NCBI GenBank assembly: GCA_002633005.1
Contig: NMRA01000071.1
Location: 579,958 to 643,957, forward strand
Source: Phoronis australis
Taxonomy: Eukaryota > Animalia > Phoronida
DNA: 64,000 nucleotides
Direction: 5' to 3'
The first letter of the stretch is position 1. Every line of letters starts with the position of its first letter. The notes under the pieces are model-generated. The model saw nothing but the letters and a program-made list of their open reading frames with translations, was not told where the DNA came from and did not search any database. Of the stretch, positions 25,063 through 37,500 are shown in pieces. The translations under genes and the position numbers were made by a program.

Positions 25063-28000
25063 ATGGACCCGTTGAGTGGTGTGGCAGTGCTCAAACAAAA
25101 TTCCCGCGATGTATTTCTGGAAACTGCCAGAATACTTCTAAAATTCGCAAATAACATTCTCAACGATCCAAGTAATCCAAGGTACAGGAAAATTCGGATA
25201 TCAAACCCTACAGTTATGGAGAAACTATTGCCTGTTGACGGCGCAATGGATTGCTTATTTGCCATGGGATTTGAAGAAGATGAGGTATTGTCCGATTCAC
25301 TCCTGTTTGTTTTATTCCTAGTTAGACTCTTCGTCTCGCTCTATTCTGTCTTAGGTGTTGGTATTAGCCAGTGTTTGATTGTTAAGATATAATATACAGT
25401 ACAGAGGAGAGCTGCTTGTTGGCTCACAAGACGGTTCAATTGACAATTGTCTATCCTCTGTTGAGTGTTGAGTCAATGTTACCTTAAGTCAAGTGGCTCA
25501 TCCTCAGCCACAGACACATAGTCTGTACAATGATAAATGTTTTACATGTATGATGAGAAGTCGGTGATCATCAACTCTGATGTTGACCCTGTCATAATGA
25601 AACCAAGTTACCGTTTTTAGTTATTTCTATCTAAAATGCCTGCAAACCCGTACTTTTGGCATTTCAGGCTGTAACTCTTTACAAATGTTAAAGAAAACCA
25701 ATGTCGATGTAATAACACCACTGTTGAGAATGTAGTTCTAGTCATTGCCTTTCTGTTTCATTATCTTGAATACAAATGGCCTGCTGTATCAGTGTGTATA
25801 GTCATTATATGAGTTAACTGAGGGCAAAGGGAATCTCATTGGTAACTAGTGCAAGCAAGAAGTTCTCCTCATGTGTGTTCGTAAAGAATTATCAAAGAGG
25901 CTAAAATTTACGATATACGACGAGCTTCCGAGTTGTAGGTAAATTTCCACTCAAAAGTCATACAGCTCGGCTATGATACGTTCTATCACTGTCTGGGCTT
26001 AACAATTAGCTGTTGAGATAGTCTCCTAAATGTATTCAACCAGGAAAGTCATGAAAAACAAACTGTCAACGATCTTATACTTTCACTTTCAGAATGGTGA
26101 CTTTCTTCACTTCCCTCAGGGAGCCTCAATTGTCCAGTTAAACAAAATTCGTGATGAAATCGACAGAGAACACTCTAGTGCTAGCAAAGACACAGACGGG
26201 TCACAGGTCAAGGATACACCAGCATCGCTGCCTCCAGAGGGGGCTGCAAACAGGATAGAGTATCCAGCCCATGTAGCTAGTCCAGCAGCGGGTGGGCCAA
26301 TAGTTTATCCTCCTCACACACCTCTGCCGCCAACAGCTCCCCCTGTTGTCAACCCTATACAGTTATTTGTAAGTCGCTGTATTTCGAGAGCAATTTTTCT
26401 GATTTGCAAAATTGGTTGAATACAAATCGACAGTCTGGTTGTAGAACCAGGCTGTCTATAGATAACAACTTTATTCGCTATTCTATGCAACGGCACCAGC
26501 TATGAACAGTCATTCAACTAAACACAAATACATGCACAGCAGGGGAACAGCATCTTAAACCCAGATCCAACGTATGCTGCATTAGGCTTTAAGCACTTCA
26601 TCAAGAGAACATGACTGCAGACTTCTGAGTAGTAATTCTATGCTTACGTTTGTCAGGTCTTCAAGGGTGAAAATCATTAACAGTTCAGTTTTGTCAACAG
26701 TCCATCAGTGTTGTAACTAGTGATACATGACAGTACTAGTAATCTTGATTGGTGTTTTATATGACCTTTCGACCTTTCTCCCACAGGCACAGGAAGTGAA
26801 TTTCCATCAGAGAATATATTCTGAGTTCCAGCGTGTTCTCATCTATGAAGATCCCCGGCTGCAACAGAGGGCACTGCAGTGCATTCCCATGGAGGAGTTG
26901 AAAAAGTCAGCGGAGGAATGCCTGCGACACATCAATGAGGCGAGCTGTGGGGAGGATTGTGAAGGGGCCATCGATGTGCACGACTGCTTCATTATAGAAC
27001 TGGCCAGGTGGTTCAGAACACAGTTTTTCTCATGGGTTGACCAACCAAAGTGTCAACGCTGTAATGGCCCAACACGGGGAGTTGGTAGTGTAGAGCCGAC
27101 GGCCGAGGACAAGCGTTGGGGGGCTGGCCGTGTGGAGAACTACTTGTGCGACAGCTGTGGTATTCATACACGCTTCCCGAGATACAACCACCCAGGGAAG
27201 TTATTGGAGACGCGTCGAGGTCGTTGTGGGGAATGGGCCAACTGTTTTACCCTGCTTTGTCGGGCGTGTGGCTATGAGGCAAGACATGTGATTGACTGGA
27301 CTGATCACGTGTGGACTGAGGTCTACTCTTTATCTCAACAAAGATGGGTTCATTCTGACACTGGGGAGGGAGGCTATGATAAACCTCTTCTGTATGAAGC
27401 AGGTCAGTTTACTTTGATTGGCACAGAATTTCTGATATCTGGATTTTCTTGTAATGTAGAAGTCCAAAGAAAGCAGACGCAAAATGACTCGTTATGAGCA
27501 TGAGCAACAGTCCCTACTATGACAGTTGGCAGTCCCCACTATGACAGTTGACAGTCCCTACTATGACAGTTGGCAGTCCCCACTATGACAGTTGACAGTC
27601 CCTACTATGACAGTTGACAGTCCCCACTATGACAGTTGACAGTCCCTACTATGACAGTTCACAGTCCCCACTATGACAGTCGACAGTCCCCACTATGACA
27701 GTCCCTACTATGACAGTTGACAGTCCTCACTATGACAGTCCTCACTATGGTAAGCTTACTAGTTATTTGATAGTCAGAGTAGCCATCCTTCGTGTTGGAG
27801 AATTATGGGTAACTTAGGGGAAAGCTAAAAGTGAAATATTCCTATAGTTCGAATCAATCCTTAACAAACCTTGTGATATATATAACTGTTGCACTTTGCT
27901 ACAAAAGCAGGTGATTGATACCGTGTAATTAGGTTGCTGGTAGACATGGGTACCGGGATTATCTGTAGATAAGCCCATCCTATGAAATGCCCATGGGTGT

Positions 28001-31000
28001 TTATTTAGTGTTTCAACTTGTGTCCAGTGTCCAGACTGTGGAGCATTTAATTGAGAAATTTTCCTCTTAAAAGTCCACTCAGCATCAAATTTTTGTGACC
28101 AGTTCAGTTTTGTGGAGCATTTATCATTGATAAAAATGAACAAGGTGTTGGCAAACTATGCATTTATTAACAAAAAATTAAAAGACCCAGTTTTAAGTAA
28201 AAAAATGTCAAAGTCAGCAAAATTTTGACTTTCTGTTTACACGCCCCCTTTTCCAAATAAACGCCTGGCCATTTATTTGGTGTTGCTAAAATGCCTGAAA
28301 TTTTTCATTTTCCCAATACACACCCATGGCTTATCTATGGAAATTACCTTTCTGACTGAGAGTTGCAGTTTCTGTTGGAAGTTGCATCAGATTGAAACTG
28401 ACACTTGTAGATGTAGTGTGCATTGAGTGAATGAAGAATTGTATTTCTATACGAGGTTTTGTTTCTTGATTTCATTATGGTGTGTTAGTGCCTATTAATT
28501 GTTATACCTATTTGAAATGTACAATCCCAAAACATGTTCAAAGATTCCCTGTGTGGGTAGTGCCATGTGTAAATATGGGGGGGGGGGGGTCATGCTGGCA
28601 TAATACATCACTGCATTAAGGTATTCATCTTAAATTATATTTACCCGTTCAGGAAGGTTTATTATCAAATGAAATTAAACCTGTTCAGTACCATAATCCA
28701 ACTTTTATTAGGAAATATTCAGGAGGACATCTTTCTTTCTTCGGACAAACACTAACTGGACTTAGTGGTGATGATTATGTGGTGACTGCATTGTCCACCA
28801 TCATCAGTCTTATACTGGGAGTAACCATGACTACATGTGCTCAGTGCTATGGGTGACATGGGAGCATTGTGAGATTAGATTCAGGATGGGTCATCACTCA
28901 TCATTTTCAGCCAGGATTTACAGTAAAACTCTGCTGGTAGAATTGACCGTCATGATGGGATATGGTGCTTTATCTGTTTTCTTTTGACTTGCGGTGTATT
29001 CCGTTTGTAAAGCTTGCTGTTGCTCATATGCGTATTAGTAACATTTTGAGAAAACTTCAATTTTAGACACATTTTCAGAGGAAATTTGTATTTTCTGATT
29101 TTCAAATGATTTACAGTATTATTGGTTTCTTTTAAATTATGCCTTTTAGTTGAATGTTTTGATGAATCCAGACAATTTTCAAAGAAGTTCGTCGACTGGT
29201 TTGTGAAACAGTTGTACAAAAAGTGTGTGTGTGTTAGTAAAGAGGTAACTCTTAAATACTGTGTGACCTTGACCTAGTTAATGTACATTGATGTTATTGT
29301 GTTGTAGTCTTACGTGCCTCACCACACTTCAACTCTGAGATGTTATAATGTTCTGTTGTAGGCTGGGGTAAGAAGTTGACCTACGTCATTGCATTCTCTA
29401 AGGATGATATTCAGGATGTCACATGGCGGTATTCAGCCAATCACAAGGATGTGCTGTCGCGGAGGACTGAAGTGCGAGAACTGTGGTTGGTAGAAAGTCT
29501 TCTAAAGCTGAGAAGAGAGCGTCAGGCGTCTCTCCCCGAGCCTCGACGAGCAGAACTGCTGAAGAGGACGATAAATGAACTGGTGGAAATGATGAGTGAA
29601 AGGAGCGAGGTTAAGGAGGGTGAGATGATTGGTCGACAAACTGGGTCATTGGCATGGAGGGTGGCACGGGGGGAGGCAGGGGCACGTGCTGCTGCCAGTG
29701 CCTCTACATCATACGTGTTTAGACTGACACCTGAAGAGCAGAGTCAGAGGGCGCTGCATGTCAAGTATTGCTGCGCTAGTGATAAGTATGTGAGAGTGTC
29801 CACTAGGGGACAGGAGACTACTGGTTGGAATGGTCACGTGTTTGAGGCTGACAATGTGTTCAGGAAGGTGGAAGATGACTGGAAGATGGCGTATCTCGCC
29901 AGGAATGAAAGGACAAACACTGCTAAGATCTCATGGAAGTTTGATTTCACTGGTCAGTGTTCATTTTATACCATTTTGTAGTATCTGGTGTTGATTGAAG
30001 GTGTTACGAACCTGTTATCCATAAAAATGCATTAAGTTTTGATTTAGACTACTTAACCATGATTATCCATTTGGTCTTGACTTTTTCATTACTCATATTA
30101 GAAGTGACATTTGCACTTTTTAAGAACTGGCAGTTTGGGTTTGGGTAGACTCATTAAGGTAGCTTCACCTTACATGTCATTTTATGCACCAAAAATATGG
30201 CTGGCTAAATAGGCTGTTGTGCAGATTGGACACCAGATGGAGCACTAGTTGGGACATTGGCCATTATGCTTTTGCACATAATATGGCAGACAAGTCATTG
30301 AGCCTCATCTCCAGCAACTTCTAAGTGTAGTGATCACTTCTAAGTTTAGTGATCACTTCTAGTAAAGTGAGTTTTGTGGTGGCAAGGGGTGAAAACAATT
30401 CCATAACCACTCCTCTCAAATTTAAGTGCGTCTCTGAAGTTCAAGAGCATCTCTAAAGTTTAAGTGCATCTGAAGTTTAAGTGCATCTGAAGTTTAAGTG
30501 CATCTGAAGTTTAAGCACATCTGAAGTTTAAGCTTTGATCAACCCAACCGCAGTCCTGGATCAGCAAACAACTAATTCACAAGACAAATTCTAGACCTGT
30601 GCCCTAAACTCCACACGGGCTGAAAATGTTCCATAGGCAGTGACCCACTTGTATCAGTGGGAGAAGAATCTAGTGGTTTAGTATACAGTTTGGTCACTGA
30701 GCCTGGGGTGTGTTTTTGACACGTCTGTGGTGTTGGTACTGTGGGTTGAGTGTATGCTTGTCTGGGGCTAATGTTTAGTTGATGGAAGCTAGGGTTCAAG
30801 AGTCATGGACATGGAATCATTCCCAACCCCTGTAGTAGTCTAAACCAAATGTTTGTTTCTCAATTGCATTTGAAGCAAGAGAAGAGCTTGGCTATTCATA
30901 GTATCATATGCTATTCATACTGTCATATATACTATTCACTCTATCATATATACTATTCACACTATCAACTGTCATTTGCCAGCATAATGTTTAGTTTGTT

Positions 31001-33200
31001 TTTGTACTTTCATGTACAGTTGAGTCTGATAACACCACAGTGTTGGCACATTATGCTGGTGCCATGTTTGCACAGTTCACGCCAAAACAAACTAGATAAA
31101 ATAACATGTCCCCACCATGGTGGTCAAATGCATATTTTGTGGCTTATTATGACTCTTCATGACATGTCTTAGTGACTGTACTCGCAGGCTTCTGATGGTG
31201 CTGTCACGGCCTGTATACATGTCTATGTGTCTGATGGTGCTGTCACGGCCTTTATACATGTCTATGTGTTGGATGGTGCTGTCACAGCCTGTATACATGT
31301 CTATGTGTCTGATGGTGCTGTCACGGCCTGTATACATGTCTATGTGTTGGATGATGCTGTCATGGCCTGTATACATGTCTATGTGTCTGATGGTGCTGTC
31401 ATGACCTGTATACATGTCTATGTGTCTGATGGTGCTGTCACGGCCTGTATACATGTCTATGTGTCAGATGGTGCTGTCATGACCTGTACAGTGTACACAT
31501 GTCTATGTGCAGCATAGAGTGCTATGGAGATGGTTGGACATTTGTGTATCTTATGTCTTTGCTTGTGTCATGGTGTCTTTTTTAGGTATTAGAAGGTTGG
31601 TGTCCACTTGTTTGGATCCTAACAATAGGAATTCCATTTTTCTTCCATAAATTCCATGTCATACATATGATGGCCAATTCTGTTGGACTCAGCCGTCATG
31701 ATGGAGAATCACATACCATTTGGTGTCTATAGAGACTCTGATTACTCATTTTAAAATAACAAAAATCCATTTTAGCAAGCGCAAAATTTCTTTTTAGTTT
31801 CATTTGTAAATTAGGAAAGTCACATTATCTCAAAGTAGTTATAACATGGAAATTGCCTTCTGCTGAATTATGTCTCAGCTGTGTTTTATTGGTAGCCTGA
31901 TGCACGCCATGTTTATTTTTTCTCGGTAGTGGAAAAGAAACAATGCCATATTCTGGATGTATGAACAGCTACTTGAACATATTCTTGATGTATGAACAGC
32001 TACTTGAACATATTCTTGATGTATGAACAGCTACTTGAACATATTCTTGATGTATGAACAGCTACTTGAACATATTCTTGATGTATGAACAGCTACTTGA
32101 ACATCTCTGCTGCAAAACTGTGGTTGATCAGTTTGTGGTCAGAATATGTCAAATTGGATAGATTGCATTGCTACTGAATTTTGGCAATTTGGGAATTAAA
32201 AACCAAAAATATTAGAATTAATGTATCTAATACTGAAATATGTTAACTCCGTTGAATTCTCTAATTCCGTGAAAGAAGTCAGATTCCAAGAATTCCTTTA
32301 CCGCAGAAAACAGATTCTTTATACAGCCATGAACTGTGCATGTTGGGACCTTGATGTCTCTATGCACCATGTAATTTGTATGTCAGCACTTCGATGATGT
32401 CGTGTCTAATTCATACCCCCTATACACCATGTGCTCTGTATGTTTATTTGTTCGGTCCCCAAGGTCACGACTAATTGAAGGTCTCAATACACCATGTAAT
32501 ATGTGAGTTAGGAGCACAATGTCATGACTAATTCACCAGTCAAAAGTTTGTTCTTATCTCAGTCTCTTCTCCTTTCTCATTCAGTGTTTGTGTTATTTCC
32601 AGACACCAATCTATCTGTAGACCAACTGGAGGTCAGAGCTTCTAGCCAGACGTTTGAGTCTGGTCAAGTATCTTGGCGCCTCTGTTCTGAAGATAACTGC
32701 ATGGTGTTACATGGGGGTGAGACATCCTTTCAGAAAATTTTATTATAATTGATAGACATTTTAATTACTATGATGCAAAGAAACAGGTGTACCACTCTCT
32801 CCTTTGTTAGTATCTATGTTAAGGAGGTAAGCTCCGCCCACCGATACATGATGACCTTAGGGAGTATGACAATCAGAATGTCTCTTAAGTCACTGCTGAA
32901 GGATTGGACCCGGTATCCCCTCGTTTTTAGTGTGGTTTTCACTTATTTGTTGTTAACCATATTTTCCAATCAGTATTGACTAGATATGGAGTCCCAAGAC
33001 ACTGACTGTTACCATTATCACCTATTACAGGTGCTATCTCCACCAACTGTGAAGCGATGCGGGGTGCCAGAACATTGACACTGACTGCCCAGCTAAGTCA
33101 GGGGACTGGCGACAACGCTTGGCAACATACGCAACTGTTCAGGCAGGGCTTGGATGAAGTCGACACATTTCCATTGGAGATCAAGGTCACACTAATTTAA
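25063..33200 (+). CDS. NGLY1: Peptide-N(4)-(N-acetyl-beta-glucosaminyl)asparagine amidase (PNGase / N-glycanase 1), 6 coding exons, 662 aa
   Basis: Exons 25063-25284, 26093-26368, 26787-27402, 29362-29952, 32603-32716, 33031-33200. All introns GT-AG, phases 0,0,1,1,1, total 1989 nt. N-terminal PUB domain (LLKFANNILNDPSNPRYRKIRISN). Transglutaminase-like core with Zn pairs CQRC/CDSC, RFPRYNHPGKLLETRRGRCGEWANCF, DHVWTEVYS and [21 protein letters not shown]. C-terminal PAW domain (FRKVEDDWKMAYLAR, AWQHTQLFRQ). Confidence 0.97.
27507..27749. repeat. 22-bp minisatellite in NGLY1 intron 3
   Basis: ACAGTCCC(T/C)ACTATGACAGTTG, about 11 copies. Confidence 0.95.
30433..30532. repeat. 17-bp tandem repeat
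   Basis: GTGCATCTGAAGTTTAA, about 5-6 copies. Confidence 0.85.
31192..31508. repeat. 39-bp minisatellite in NGLY1 intron 4
   Basis: CTGATGGTGCTGTCACGGCCTGTATACATGTCTATGTGT, about 8 copies. Confidence 0.95.
31947..32104. repeat. 31-bp tandem repeat in NGLY1 intron 4
   Basis: CATATTCTTGATGTATGAACAGCTACTTGAA, 5 copies. Confidence 0.95.
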
Positions 33201-34264
33201 CAGGGCCACTCCCACAAAGAGGTCATACTGATTTAACAGGGTCACTCCCACAAAGAGGTCATACAACTGGAGCTGCCATTGTTAGCCACACTCATTTGAT
33301 CAGTTGCATAACTCTATACATCTCAAGATTACCCAACACTGAATACATGGTGGTGCTGTGTTTAGATCAGATAGCACCTGTTTATATGTCTGGCTCATAC
33401 TCTGGCATACTGACACCAGGAAGTTGTTTGAAGCCCTTGCTGCTGGATTTTGTTACGACAGTTTTGGTTGGCTGTCAACTGACTTTATAGTCGGGAAGTT
33501 AGCATCGTCAAGATTTCACATTGTAAGTTGAAGCCATGTTCGTAAACTATGACTTATCAGAGGATCAATAGAATTCCATTTTATGAAATTGGAATGGCCA
33601 ATGGAATTCAAAGAAGACCCATTACAGCGTTTTCCGGTTGCTCCCAACTTGTTCGATTCTATAGCCCAACAACAAGTTGGGAAGTTTACCCCTGTAGCCA
33701 ATATCTTACACGACTGATTAACTCCATTCTGACATTTATGGTTGGAGGGCCAGCTCTCTTTTGTTCGATAATTGCTCTAATCTCCAGTGAGATCCTATCT
33801 AGCCTGACTGGGATGTGCTGTAATTAACTGAAAAATACGACTGGGATAATCAACGAACCTTATTTTTGCTAAAAAAGACATGAAAAAGGGTTGCCTTCGC
33901 CTTTAAGTGTTTTAATCAAAAGTGACAATGCCTCTTCCTCCTCAAGAGGTCACTAGTGTCTGCATCTAAGAGACAAGTCTCATATTGTAGGCTGTTGTTC
34001 AAATGATATTGTACTCAGATCAAAGAAAGTGATTTGCATATCGTGCTACGCTGTCCTAACGATTCACAACATTTGAAAGCGGTGAACTAAACGACTCACC
34101 CACACTTGCATAATTTATGCAGCTGACTTTGAGGTCACATCTCGGGTTAATGCACAAGACTACTTTGTCAGCTGATGTGTGATGTAACCTTTAAATTGAC
34201 ATGTAGTTTGTAAATATTTGAATGTTGTGCTGATTGACTGATTACAATATAAATTATTTTCATT

Positions 34265-34369
34265 AATAAATTCTTGATGTAATATTTTATCAAATTCTGT
34301 TATTGGGAGAATTGCACAAACCTATGATGCCTTCTTAAACCAAGAGCTGTGAAAATTATTCTTTTTATT
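34265..34369. terminator. Candidate convergent poly(A) signals for NGLY1 (+) and FBPase (-)
   Basis: AATAAA at 34265-34270 (+) and TTTATT at 34364-34369 (AATAAA on the minus strand), in an AT-rich zone between the two stop codons. Confidence 0.45.
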
Positions 34370-34576
34370 AAAGGTAATTATTCAAAGAATTTCTAACAAT
34401 AAGATCTTATCCACAAACACTTTATGGCACACCACTGTCGCCCATACTTATACATTGTTCTGTCTGCCACCCATACCTTATGCATAGTCTATCCATTGGC
34501 TCATTAATTACACTTCTAAAATCACTGTGTTATAGTGGAGTGCGGCCACTGCAATCTTTCACATCGTTTTTGTCCT

Positions 34577-37500
34577 TTATTTCTCAAACTTCTGATACAG
34601 CTCAACTATCTCAAGAACTTCCTCCTTTGACCCTAAGAATGTGGGAGACCTCTGGTGGATAAACTCTGGTTTAATGTCCAGAATGGGTTCTTTGCCTGTG
34701 GTTGCCATGCCGCCAGCTTTCTCTATGATGTACGCCATGGGGTTACACTCGTACAGCAGTCGTAGCTGTAATGAATGAACAGACAGTACATTACAAGTTA
34801 ATATTTATAGTAACACAACTAACCATCCACTCAATAGAGTTCATCCACTGAATAGAGTTCATTGATCGTTTCAATGCAAAGAGGCACTGCTGCTAACTTT
34901 TTTACTGCACATTGAAGTTTGTACACTTTTGTGCATGAGACATTCAAACCATGTGCAGCACTGTCTTGGAATACCATCAGACTTTGTTCAAGTTATGGAA
35001 AAAAGCCTTTTGTTTTGGTTCTGTGATGCGATAAACTGTCACTCTTATTATACGGTAACCATTAAAGATAAAATGTCGATGGATGAAGACATGGTTCTCA
35101 CACATCTTGAAGAGTATAATATCATATGTGATGACGGAATTATTGACTAAGACATGGTTCTCACAGATCTTGAAAAGTACTTGGATTTGTTTACTGGCCT
35201 TGATTGAAGTCTTTGATTCTGAATATTTTTCCATTGTTGTGTTGCAATTATGACAATTTTACACTGAGAGTGCCAAAAGCCAGTCATTGGTACAGATTGC
35301 ATCGATTTACTTGAGAATCCTGAACACTTTACTGACATAAACGATTGTGAAAATTTTGCCAAAATAGTACACGAAAATTCCTTAAATTTGGGTTGGCAAG
35401 TACTTGCAGCTGACAATGGACAAAGAATGAGAATGACTTTGGAACAGTTTGTCACAGTGAGAAATATTGGTTATTACAATGAAACTTGATTTACACCAGT
35501 TACAGACATGGTCTCAACTTGTTCCTAACTCTGATAAGAGATTTCTGGGGTTGTGTTCAGTACAAAACATTACCCAAAATACAAAAACAACTTCTTGAGC
35601 CTCTTCTCATACACATAAGTCGTCAGTTGTCTACAAGCTCAGAAATCACGATGAATCTTAATGAGAAGCTGGATAAAACAAATGTATGTCGGTAAATGGT
35701 AAAAACCAAAGGCCATTCAGAAGGTTTATTCTTAACCGGCAAGCTTTTAAGATCAGCTTAGGATTGATACATTATATTTTACAGGTACATGAACGAGCAA
35801 CCTTTCTAGTTTTACACACACAGTGGATGGAATAGTTTTCTACAAAGAGAAACCTTGTGCTGATTCATGGTGAAAAATGTGACTACATCTTGAAGTTGTT
35901 GATTTTAAATCTTCAGCTAGTTTCCATTGTAGTGGGTTTAAACTGTTACAGATTAAGACACCCAAGGAGGTAGTGCTATCATGGTGAACATAATAACTGC
36001 AAACTTGGCAAAGCAAGTTAGAGACTTAATGAGTCGTTTACCTTGCCATTGGGGGTCTGTGAGGTGGCGGGGTACATGAATATACCTCCATACACCAGGG
36101 TTCTGTGTACATCAGCCACCATGGAGCCTACATATCGGGCAGCGTATGGCTTGCCATGCTGCAAGAGAACCGGACGACAGTCAGCCTCATAAATTAAAAG
36201 TGAAGTCGTCACATACACACAGTCCTCACTAGTCAAACATGGATTCATCAAATACACAGAACACACTATAGTCAAACATGGACTCATTACAGGTACACAG
36301 TACACACTACAGTCAAACATGGACTCATTACAGGTACACAGTACACACTACAGTCAAACATGGACTCATTACACATAAATAGTCTGCACTAGTCAAACAT
36401 GGACTTGATCGCCTATACACAGATCAGACTATAAAAGTGTTTCATTTTCTATGAGTTTGTCAAGACAAAATTTTTACAAACTGACCATTTGTTCTGTACA
36501 TACAAACACACAAAGTACATGTTACACACAATGTATGTGTTACACATAACAGAGAGTTTGTACCTTGGGGTTCTTCTTACGCTCCACAAATGCCTTGGTC
36601 GCCTCATCCCAGTAGTGACTGTAGCCTTCATTCAGCGAGTAGATCAGCTTGCCACGTGGCTTCATTTTAATGTTGGGTGAAGTCAGAATAAACTCACCGA
36701 TACTCTTAAGGATGAAACAGCAATGTGTGAGTGAAAGGAAGGGGTCAGGCACTGGCTTGTCGTGGACTGTTTGGTAATTAGTTAAAGTCAAACACTGGTT
36801 ACAAACTAAGCAAGCAACATGTACTTATTGAAAGCCATTTGCATGGTACTGATGAAGAAAACTTACAATCTCTTCCTCACAAAACAACCCGCATCAATTT
36901 ACGTATCACCAAGAGTGAATCAATTTTTAGTATTTAAAGAGTGTTCAGCATTCAGATTTCCATGGGTTGGAGTTGTTTTTACACTATCAGCCTTTTGACA
37001 CATTCAAGTCCAAATTGAGTGTAAAGATGTGGACAAGTAATGTGCGCCTCCCCACGCCTCGTCTCTAGGTAAAGGGTGAAGTAACTGGATCAAGTACATC
37101 CATTCTGATATGGATCAAGGGAAGGAAAACAAACTGTGAAATGCCATACATTACTGGGCTGTGTACCATCACTGAGCACACTGACAATACTGGGCGGTGT
37201 ACCCTCACAGAAAACATTAATATTACTGAGGTTACCGGGTCGAGTGTGAAACCATTGACTCCATTGCCTGTGGATAACACCACCATAGTCGCACTCCCAT
37301 AGAGGGCATACCCAGCAGTTACAATACTGCGACCAGACTGTAATGCATCTTTAATGGTAGGTTTTGCATCGTCCTCCTGAAACACAAGAGATCAAATGAA
37401 TGTACACAGAAACGGACATAGTAACTACTGCACCACTAAACACTACACAGTTAGTGTTTATCATCACAGAATACTATATACATTACTTCATACTACCATT

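Noticed and set aside
25548-25582. C-box (ATGATGA) and D-box (CTGA) in NGLY1 intron 1
   Set aside because: Only ~30 nt apart with no terminal stem, too short for a C/D snoRNA.
33700-34105. Possible SINE remnants in the NGLY1 3' UTR (tail like GAAAGCGG..TAAACGACTCACCCAC)
   Set aside because: No A/B boxes or second copy in the window to confirm it.
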